Under the pieces are notes generated by a model, which did no database searches, had not been told where the DNA came from, and saw nothing but the letters and a program-made list of their open reading frames with translations. The translations under genes were made by a program, and so were the position numbers. From assembly GCA_002269645.1 (NCBI GenBank), contig NIVC01000215.1, positions 620,001 through 684,000 of the forward strand: 64,000 nucleotides of DNA, written 5' to 3'. Each line of letters opens with the position of its first letter. Position 1 is the stretch's first letter. The DNA comes from Macrostomum lignano (taxonomy: Eukaryota). Shown here piece by piece: positions 1-11,400 of the stretch.

Positions 1-139
1 ATAACTTCCGGAGTCCAGAAAGACAATGACGGCTTACGAGTGGCCAAAATCAAACATATCGTTTTATATTTGTTTGACGGTTGTGACTGCACTGACTTCC
101 CGTCTCTTCTCTCAATGCTCTGCTTCTATCTATAGAGGT

Positions 140-468
140 AGTTTTCCTCTACTTCTCTCTCTCCCTCTCTTCCTACATCTACCTCTCTTGAGCTCCCTCC
201 CTCTCCCTTCCTACGTCTACCTCTCTTGAGCTCCCTCTTCCTCTCCATCATACTCTTCCCTCTTTCCCTCATTGCTATAACTACCTTTCTCTCTCTCTAT
301 CTACCTCTCTCCCTCTCCCCCCTCTCCCTCTCTCCCTCTCCCCCTCTCCCTCTCTCCCTCTCCCCCCTCTCCCTCTCTCCCTCTCTCCATCTCTCCACCC
401 CTCCCTCTCCCTGTCACCCTCTCTTAATCTCTCCCTCTCTCTCTCGCTCTCTCCCTCTCTACCTCTCT

Positions 469-511
<43 letters not shown>

Positions 512-522
512 CCTCTCTCTCT
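140..522. repeat. CT-rich microsatellite/low-complexity tract flanking the Penelope-like element
   Basis: (CT)n and ctctc/ctccc runs. It accounts for the L/S/P-rich N-terminus of ORF 226..1434. Confidence 0.9.
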
Positions 523-2355
523 AAGTCTGGAAGGAAGGAGGTTCCCCCCAGACTTGGAAGGGATGAGTGCAACTTGTTGGTACTTGAGAACCAAAAACTG
601 GTAGAGGATTTAACAACAGTGCGCATCAAAGGCAACCTAGAGGCACCAGAGACCAGAGCGATTCAGGGGCTCAAGCGAAACAGCTCCGTCCTTATAAAAA
701 AGGCGGACAAAGGTAACGCAGTGGTCATCATGCACCCCAAGGATTACGAATTTGCAGCCTACAACCAATTGCTTGACACTAATGCCTATCAACAGCTGGA
801 CCAGCCACTGCAACCCGAGACTGCGGAAATAATTAGGGGGATCTTCCTCGATTTATGTAACAGAAATTTCTTATCTAAGAAACAGTTTTCTTTTCTTTGT
901 CCCGGGGAGAACTTCCGTCCCCGGCATTTCTACCTGCTCCCAAAAATTCACAAGGACCCGGCCACCTGGCTGATCCCCTTTCGGGTCCCAGCAGGCAGAC
1001 CTATTGTTAGCGGATGCAGTTCTGAAGCAATTGGGGCAGAAAAGTACATAGACTTCTTTCTAAAACCGATTGCCCAAGCGCAACCCACTTTCATTAAGGA
1101 CTCCTATGACTTCAAGGCACACCTTATGGATAAAAGCTGCACGGAAGGTTCGACTCTGGCAACCTGTGATGTCCAGAGTCTGTACTCCATGATCCCAATA
1201 GATCAGGGCATTGCAGCGATCCAGGAATTCTTTAACCGATACCCGGATCCCATTAGACCGGATGCTGAGATAATAAAGCTACTGGAATTGTGTTTGTACA
1301 GGAATGACTTTGAATTTGACAAAATGATTTTCCTACAACTTAGAGGCACAGCCATGGGGCGCATATTTGCGCCCAGCTATGCCTGTCTCTTCATGAGTCT
1401 GGGAGGAAACTGCCCTGAGAACTGCTCTTTATAAGCCGAACATCTATTTTAGGTACATAGATGATATCTTCATTCACTGGGACCACCCGGCTGAAGCTCT
1501 GACAGAATTTTTTCGACACCTGAATTCAATCAACCCCAACATTAAACTCACCGTCAGCTCCTCATCAACTGAGGTCAGTTTCCTTGACATGACCATCAGG
1601 AAAGCTGAAAACCGCTTCACAACACAACTGTTTTTGAAAGAAACAGACACTCATAGATTGTTGCACTGACAGTCCTTCCATCCGTCACACACCTTCAAGG
1701 GGGTAGTAAAATCCCAAATCCTTCGGTACGCTCGTATCTGTGATGACGACAAATCTTTCAACGATGCTTTCAATTCTTTAAAATCGGAACTCAAGCAATT
1801 AGGCTACTCGAAGATTTTTCTTAGAAACTGCAAAAAGGATGTCCTCATACTTATGAACTGGACTGCGGGACCAACGACCAATCTGGGTCTGCTTCCCAAA
1901 GGGTTCCATCCCTGTGGGTCATCCCGCTGCAAATGCTGCACCCACTCACCGCCTGCTCTCTAAACCCAGGGGCTGGAATTTTTTTTATCTCCCAGAGCCT
2001 GTCCTGTGGCCCCAAGAGCATCATCTATGGCATCTCCTGTAACCAGTGCCACCCTGGGAAAATCCTCTATGTAGGTATGACTAGAAGAACAATAAGAGAT
2101 AGAATGAACCAGCACAGGTCAAATATTAACAGGAGAATCGTTACTTCGGGGTCAGAGCACTTTCTCACCCCCAATCACTCGATTGCAAACTTTGTCACCA
2201 TTGCCATTGAACAAGTTCTTAATAACAACAAAATCGAACTAAGGGAAGAAATCTGGATTAAAAAACTGGGGACTGACAAACCGCCGGGTACGAACATCAG
2301 GGTCGACAATCATCTTCTCCGACCCATCCCAATGGTCCTTCCTTTTCACCCATCT
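523..2355 (+). mobile_element. Penelope-like retroelement (Neptune-like), RT + GIY-YIG endonuclease, degenerate
   Basis: RT motifs NLEAPETRAI..KKADKGNAVV, FYLLPKIHK, GRPIVSG, CDVQSLYS and GTAMG..FAP. YIDD at ~1454-1465 follows a frameshift near 1400. Premature TGA at ~1667. Cys linker CGSSRCKCC, then GIY-YIG (IIYGISCNQC..YVGMT..RMNQH..REEIWIKKL..GTN). CT microsatellite on both sides. Confidence 0.92.
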
Positions 2356-2360
2356 ACCCA

Positions 2361-2391
<31 letters not shown>

Positions 2392-2441
2392 GTGCCATGC
2401 TCGAATACGCACTAACCTACAGTCACACCGCACAACCCCAG

Positions 2442-5400
2442 ACGGAGGCGCCTTTGCTAATCCGACCCTTTGTCGGTCGAATGACCAATTCTGAGCTGCA
2501 CGCGGTCATCACGTCCGGCTTTGCCACCATCGCCGGAGGCGTGCTGGCGGCCTACATCGGTCTTGGTGTGGAGGCTCGGCACCTGCTGAGCGCCAGCGTC
2601 ATGGTGGCGCCGGGTGCTTTGGCCCTGTCGAAAATCATGTACCCAGAGACTAAACAGTCCAAGACTGATAGCGAGAGTATTAAGAAGGTGAGCGGTGAGA
2701 CTGACAGTGATAACTGTTAGATAGCAATGATACCTGTTAGATAGGAACAATATCTGGTTGATAGGAATGATACCTGTTAGTTAGGAATGATACCTGTTGA
2801 ATAGGAATGGTACCTGGTTGATAGGAATGATACCTGTTAGATAGGAACAATATCTGGTTGATAGGAATGATACCTGTTAGTTAGGAATGATACCTGTTGA
2901 ATAGGAATGGTACCTGGTTGATAGGAATGATACCTGTTAGATAGAAATGATACCTGTTAGATAGGAATGATATCTGTTGGATAGGAATGATTCCTGTTTG
3001 ATAGGTATACTTAGCTATTTAAATAGGAATACCGATATTTTAGACACGAATACCGATATTTTAGACACGAATACTGATATTTTAGACACGAATACTGATA
3101 TTTTAGACACGAATACTGATATTTTAGACACGAATACTGATATTTTAGACACGAATACTGATATTTTAGACACGAATACTGATATTTTAGACACGAATAC
3201 CGATATTTTAGACACGAATACTGATATTTTAGACACGAATACTGATATTTTAGACACGAATACCGATATTTTAGACACGAATACCGATATTTTAGACACG
3301 AATACTGATATTTTAGACACGAATACTGATATTTTAGACACGAATACCGATATTTTAGACACGAATACCGATATGTTAGACACGAATACCGATATTTTAG
3401 ACACGAATACCGATATTTTAGACACGAATGCCTGTTTGACATGAATACCCTTTAATCCTAAAATCTCCCAGGTAAAAATGGGTAGCTACCGCAACGCAAT
3501 CGACGCCATGGGCACTGGAGCCATCAACTCGATTCCTCTGGTTGGCGCCATCGCAGTTAATTTAATCGCCTTCATCAGCATGCTGACATTTTTTAACACA
3601 ACCCTCACATGGTTTGGCCGGCGTGCCTGTCTGAATGTGGACCTGACCTTCGAGCTGATCTGCGGCTACCTGTTCTGGCCAATCGCTTACGTAATCGGAA
3701 TCAGCTCCATCGATTGCAGTCGCGTTGCCGAACTCATAGGAGTCAAGTTTTTCATCAACGAGTTTGTGGCTTATCAGCGATTTAGTGAGCGACTCAATGG
3801 CGGGAGGCGATGGATTGCTAGTCTATCCAACTTCAATTAGAATGGATTGCTAGTCTATCCAACTTCAATTAGAATGGACTGCTAGTCTATCCAACTTCAA
3901 TTAGAATGGACTGCTAGTCTATCCAACTTCAATTAGAATGGATTGCTAGTCTATCCAACTTCAATTAGAATGGACTGCTAGTCTATCCAACTTCAATTAG
4001 AATGGATTGCTAGTCTATCCAACTTCAATTAGAATGGACTGCTAGTCTATCCAACTTCAATTAGAATGGATTGCTAGTCTATCCAACTTCAATTAGAATG
4101 GACTGCTAGTCTATCCAACTTCAATTAGAATGGACTGCTAGTCTATCCAACTTTAATTAGAATGGACTGCTAGTCTAGCCAACTTCAATTAGAATGGACT
4201 GCTAGTCTATCTAACTTTAATTAGAATGGATTGCTAGTCTATCCAACTTCAATTAGAATGGATTGCTAGTCTATCCAACTTCAATTAGAATGGATTGCTA
4301 GTCTATCCAACTTCAATTAGAATGGATTGCTAGTCTATCCAACTTCAATTAGAATGGACTGCTAGTCTATCCAACTTCAATTAGAATGGATTGCTAGTCT
4401 ATCCAACTTCAATTAGAATGGACTGCTAGTCTATCCAACTTCAATTAGAATGGACTGCTAGTCTATCCAACTTCAATTAGAATGGACTGCTAGTCTATCC
4501 AACTTCAATTAGAATGGATTGCTAGTCTATCCAACTTCAATTAGAATGGACTGCTAGTCTATCCAACTTTAATTAGAATGGATTGCTAGTCTATCCAACT
4601 TCAATTAGAATGGACTGCTAGTCTATCCAACTTCAATTAGAATGGACTGCTAGTCTATCCAACTTCAATTAGAATGGACTGCTAGTCTATCCAACTTTAA
4701 TTAGAATGGATTGCTAGTCTATCCAACTTTAATTAGAATGGACTGCTAGTCTATCCAACTTCAATTAGAATGGACTGCTAGTCTATCCAACTTCAATTAG
4801 AATGGACTGCTAGTCTATCCAACTTCAATTAGAATGGACTGCTAGTCTATCCAACTTCAATTAGAATGGACTGCTAGTCTATCCAACTTCAATTAGAATG
4901 GACTGCTAGTCTATCCAACTTCAATTAGAATGGACTGCTAGTCTATCCAACTTTAAATAGAATGGATTGCTAGTCTATCCAACTTCAATTAGAATGGACT
5001 GCTAGTCTATCCAACTTCAATTAGAATGGACTGCTAGTCTAGCCAACTTCAATTAGAATGGACTGCTAGTCTAGCCAACTTCAATTAGAATGGATTGCTA
5101 GTCTATCCAACTTCAATTAGAATGGATTGCTAGTCTATCCAACTTCAATTAGAATGGACTGCTAGTCTATCCAACTTTAATTAGAATGGATTGCTAGTCT
5201 ATCCAACTTCAATTAGAATGGATTGCTAGTCTATCCAACTTCAATTAGAATGGATTGCTAGTCTATCCAACTTTAATTAGAATGGATTGCTAGTCTATCC
5301 AACTTTAAATAGAATGGATTGCTAGTCTATCCAACTTCAATTAGAATGGATTGCTAGTCTAGCCAACATCATATAGGATGGATTGCTAGTCTATCCAACT

Positions 5401-8400
5401 TCAATTAGAATGGATTGCTAGTCTATCCAACTTTAATTAGAATGGATTGCTAGTCTATCCAACTTTAATTAGAATGGATTGCTAGTCTAGCCAACATCAT
5501 ATAGGATGGATTGCTAGTCTATCCAACTTTATTTAGAATGGATTGCTAGTCTATCCAACTTTAATTAGAATGGATTGCTAGTCTATCCAACTTTAATTAG
5601 AATGGATTGCTAGTCTAGCCAACATCATATAGGATGGATTGCTAATCTATCCAACTTTAGTTAGAATGGACTGCTAGTCTATCCAACTTTAATTAGAATG
5701 GATTGCTAGTCTTGCCAACATCATATAGGAGGGATTGCTAGTCTATCCAGCTTTAATTAGAATGGATTGCTAGTCTATCCAACTTCAATTAGAATGGACT
5801 GCTAGTCTATCCAACTTTAATTAGAATGGATTGCTAGTCTAGCCAACATCATATAGGATGGATTGCTAATCTATCCAACTTTAGTTAGAATGGACTGCTA
5901 GTCTATCCAACTTAATTAGAATGGATTGCTAGTCTTGCCAACATCATATAGGAGGGATTGCTAGTCTATCCAGCTTCAATTAGAATGGATTGCTAGTCTA
6001 TCCAACTTCAATTAGAATGGATTGCTAGTCTATCCAACTTCAATTAGAATGGATTGCTAGTCTATCCAACTTCAATTAGAATGGATTGCTTGTCTAGACA
6101 ACTTTAATTATAACGGATTGCTAGTGTAGCCAGCTTCAATGTATGAATATTTTTAGAATGGATTGCTAATCTAGTCAACTTCAATATAGGACTATAATTA
6201 TAATGGATTGCTTGTCTAGCCAGTCAAATAACAAATAATAAAAATAACGAAGATTATTTATTCTATCATTATCAGAAATAGAAAATTTACGGCTCGTTCA
6301 TACGTTCTCCTTCGCAGATACTTATAGAACAAACCGAATTGAGTTCCTGAAGCTGAACAGCACAGACTACTATTGGGAAGGCAACAATGTAATTCTGCCC
6401 AACTCTAATACAACACTAGTTGGCGGACTTCTGTTTGAGGTAAACTTCTTTATTTTATCTTTCGTGCAATGCATGAGATTCAAATTTAGATAAACAGAAA
6501 TAACAATAGCGAGACAACAGTCTGCAACAATAGAGAACAATAGAATCAACTAAAAAACAAACAGACAGCAACAACAACAACAACACAAACAAATACGACA
6601 TCAATGCAAACAGAAAATAATAACAACAACACAAACAGACAGAAACAACAACACAATGCAGACAGCAACAACAACACAATGCAGACAGCAACAACAACAC
6701 AAACAGACAGAAACAACAACACAAACAGACAGAAACAACAACACAAACAGACAGAAACAACAACACAATGCAGACAGAAACAACAACACAAACAGACAGA
6801 AACAACAACACAATGCAGACAGAAACAACAACACAAACAGACAGAAACAACAACACAATGCAGACAGAAACAACAACACAAACAGACAGAAACAACAACA
6901 CAATGCAGACAGAAACAACAACACAAACAGACAGAAACAACAACACAAACAGACAGAAACAAAAACACAATGCAGACAGAAACAACAACACAAACAGACA
7001 GAAACAACAACACAATGCAGACAGAAACAACAACACAATGCAGACAGCAACAACAACACAAACAGACAGAAACAACAACACAATGCAGACAGAAAAAACA
7101 ACACAAACAGACAGAAACAACAACACAATGCAGACAGAAACAACAACACAAACAGACAGAAACAACAACACAATGCAGACAGAAACAACAACACAAACAG
7201 ACAGAAACAACAACACAATGCAGACAGAAACAACAACACAATGCAGACACAATAACAAAGCAAGACAACAACACCAATAATGACATGAACAAAAGCGAAA
7301 AATATATGCGCGTGGAAATAACTTTAAAAAATAGTTTTGCTTTCGAAGACTGAAGCGGTGAATTATAAAAAAATATAAATAAAATACAAATTATACTACT
7401 TCGACATCGTCTGTCGAACATCAAATGAATAGTTATATAAATTCACGGTCGAAGTAGTCACAGATGAAGCATTCAAACGACAGTTTTAGTGGATATCTCT
7501 GCCATGCCATCCATAGCCAGGTACACAGCCGCCAGGCCAACTCGGTCCTCAGCCAGCCGAAGCATAAAGGCCCGGTCGGTGCAGCTGAACTTTTCAATCA
7601 GTCTGGATTCGATCTTTTTCTTAGAATATCGCCGAATATTCTGACGCTGTTCTCCAACTCGAAAATAATTCAGAAATGTTTGAGCGAATTGCCGCCTACT
7701 CGGTGGCAGCATGGCAACTATCCAGCACGCAGCCGATAGAAGCAGACAAACGACGCACATAAGCAGCCAGAACCAGTAGAACATGATCAGGTGTTCAAGC
7801 AGCATGTTAATTGGCAAAGCGCACTGCATCACTCTGGTGTTCCAGTTGCCCAGATGCCTAGTGTACACATCGCAATAGGCCCATCTAGGAAATAGGTTGG
7901 TGTCCTCCCAAGTCTCACCCATTAGACTGTTGCTAGCCATTGACAATCCGAATAGTGGCGAGTCCAGACCGAATACTGCTTGCAGGTAGAACAGCGAACC
8001 AATCACGGCGGCAAGTCGAAGTACTTTAAACAGCATGTAGACAACGAACAGGTGACAGCTGTCAAAGTTGATTAACTTATTGCGACTGAGAAGGTGATCC
8101 GCAATCCTAGCAGTCCATCTCTGCCGTTCGGTGCAGTTCGCTAACGATTCGGCCTTCACACCGGATGAGTCACAGTCGCGCCTCATAAGTTCCTGATTGC
8201 CAACCAGGAAAGCGAATGCTTTGATAATTTCTATCGGCTGTTTTGTGTCCAGGCTGCAGTAGAAGTGCCAGAAAAAGTCTGGGGATTTCAGTATGACCGC
8301 CTGGCCCATGAAAATGTATGGGATCCAGTAGTAGTAATCTGCGGGGTTCAGCGGCAGTCCCGGATGCGTTCTGGTAGAGCTTTAGGTAGTGGGGCATCTT

Positions 8401-11400
8401 AGGAGAGCAGAGGATGGTAAAGATATCAGAGCAGAGGATGGTAAAGATAGCAGAGCAGAGGATGGTAAAGATATCAGATCAGAGGATGGTAAAGATATCA
8501 GAGCAGAGGATGGTAAAGATATCAGAGCAGAGGATGGTAAAGATATCAGAGGGTGGTAAAGATAGCAGTGGATGGTAAAGATATCAGAGCAGAGGATGGT
8601 AAAGATATCAGAGCAGAGGATGGTAAAGATATCAGAGCAGAGGATGGTAAAGATATCAGAGCAGAGGATGGTAAAGATATCAGAGCAGAGGGTGGTAAAG
8701 ATATCAGAGGGTGGTAAAGATAGCAGTGGATGGTAAAGATATCAGAGCAGAGGATGGTAAAGATATCAGAGCAGAGGATGGTAAAGATATCAGAGCAGAG
8801 GATGGTAAATATATCAGAGCAGAGGATGGTAAAGATATCAGAGCAGAGGATGGTAAAGATATCAGAGCAGAGGATGGTAAAGATATCAGAGCAGAGGATG
8901 GTAAAGATAGCAGTGGATGGTAAAGATATCAGAGCAGAGGATGGTAAAGATAGCAGTGGATGGTAAAGATAGCAGTGGATGGTAAAGATAGCAGTGGATG
9001 GTAAAGATATCAGAGAAGAGGATGGTAAAGATATCAGAGCAGAGGATGGTAAATATATCAGAGCAGAGGGTGGTAAAGATATCAGAGCAGAGGGTGGTAA
9101 AGATATCAGAGCAGAGGGTGGTAAAGATAGCAGTGGATGGTAAAGATATCAGAGCAGAGGATGGTAAAGATAGCAGTGGATGGTAAAGATAGCAGTGGAT
9201 GGTAAAGATAGCAGTGGATGGTAAAGATAGCAGTGGATGGTAAAGATATCAGAGAAGAGGATGGTAAAGATATCAGAGCAGAGGATGGTAAATATATCAG
9301 AGCAGAGGATGGTAAAGGTATCAGAGCAGAGGATGGTAAATATATCAGAGCAGAGGGTGGTAAAGATATCAGAGCAGAGGGTGGTAAAGATATCAGAGCA
9401 GAGGGTGGTAAAGATATCAGAGGGTGGTAAAGATAGCAGTGGATGGTAAAGATATCAGAGCAGAGGATGGTAAAGATATCAGAGCAGAGGATGGTAAAGA
9501 TATCAGAGCAGAGGTTGGTTACCAGAGTATGGTAAAGACAGCAGTCAATGGTAAAAGATATCAGAGCAGAGGATGGTGTAAAGAGAGGACAGTATGCAAT
9601 TGGAAATATGATCTCAAACACAGGACTGTATTGAAACTAAGGCTGCTCACCAATCGGCAGTCTGGGCAAATAATGCCACTCAGAGTCGGACGTGTTGGTT
9701 GTGGCGTTGACAACACCCTGCGGCATTCTGTAGGTGCCGTCAGTTAGGCAGATGGCCTCTGCAGCTTTCTCCCAAGATTCTGGCCATTCAGACGGCGACA
9801 CGCACTCGATAGTGCTGAAGAAGAACATTTTAGTCATTAGCATAACTAAAATGCAGCTGTTGATGGTCACTGACAAGTGGCTGGACAGCGAATCGGCAAA
9901 GTCCTGCGGCAATAACTGGAAATTGTGCATGCACTCCATCAGGTAGAATATTAGCTTGAAGAAGATAAACTTGTAGGGCATGTGACTCATGATTGCTCTG
10001 CTTGGCGTTCTCGTAAAGGGAACGCACACTTAGTCTTAGAAGTTGGCTCTTACAATCAAACACTTTTGTTGTCTTCTGCTCGCCTTTTTGGGCGCCGAGT
10101 CTGAGTATATTATAGCCGCTTTTGCGTACAGCTTGCGTACAGCGAGTAATGCAGTGAGCCATTGTTTGGCTAACGACGTTCTGTGCAATCCAATCTGGGT
10201 TAGAAGTGTTTCATGCTCAAAAGTAGAAGATTAGCCAGATAAAGAAACGAAGGTAGAAGCAGAGATGGGCGAGAGTACGCGACAGTTTTTGAGAGCAGAA
10301 ATTTCTTTTGAGCAGAGAGATTTTTTTCTTCTATATTAGGTGCGCGAACTTGCAGTTAAATAGCTATGTTTAATGCAAGCGCTACTACAGGACAAAAATC
10401 TGCGCTAGTGCAGTCGTTTAACCCTCCACAGTCCAAGCTCTTCACAGAACTCACGTGTCTTCTGTGTATTCTAATGTCTTCTGTGTACCAGATCTCTGGT
10501 GTCTTCTGTGTACCAGATCTCTGATGTCTTCTGTGTATTCTAATGTCTTCTGTGTACCAGATCTCTGATGTCTTCTGTGTATTCTAATGTCTTCTGTGTA
10601 CCAGATCTCTGGTGTCTTCTGTGTATTCCAATGTCTTCTGTGTACCAGAGCTCTGGTGTCTTCTGTGTACCAGATCTCTGATGTCTTCTGTGTATTCTAA
10701 TGTCTTCTGTGTACCAGATCTCTGATGTCTTCTGTGTATTCTAATGTCTTCTGTGTACCAGATCTCTGATGTCTTCTGTGTATTCTAATGTCTTCTGTGT
10801 ACCAGATCTCTGATGTCTTCTGTGTATTCTAATGTCTTCTGTGTACCAGAGCTCTGGTGTCTTCTGTGTACCAGGGGTCTACGACGTTTGCCTGCGGGAC
10901 GTTTGCCAGCCGACGTTTGCCTGCGGGACGTTTGCCAGCCGACATTTGCCAGCCGACGTTTGCCAGCCGACGTTTGCCAGCGGGACGTTTGCCAGCCGAA
11001 GTTTGCCTGCCGGACGTTTGCCTGCGGGACGTTTGCCAGCCGACGTTTGCCAGCCGACGTTTGCCAGCCGACATTTGCCAGCCGACATTTGCCAGCCGAC
11101 ATTTGCCAGCCGACGTTTGCCAGCGGGACGTTTGCCAGTCGGACGTTTGCCAGCCGACATTTGCCAGCCGACGTTTGCCTGCCGGACGTTTGCCTGCCGG
11201 ACGTTTGCCAGCCGACGTTTGCCAGCCGGAAGTTTGCCAGCCAAAATTTGCTAGCCAATATAAAGCCAGTTAGTGAAAAATTTGATACTGAAACATTCGC
11301 AGTTTAGCGGTTTGACAAAAACCGTTTTTACTCCAACTTTTTGACGGTTATTCGCATGTATACAAGTTTGAAAGCAAAATCTATAAATTATGAAATTTAT

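Noticed and set aside
20-55. Possible hammerhead ribozyme of a Penelope pseudo-LTR (acaatga-c-ggc..gcc-aaaa)
   Set aside because: The stem II geometry is suggestive, but the catalytic core has about four mismatches to CUGANGA/GAAA and stems I and III could not be placed. An Infernal search on intact copies would be needed.
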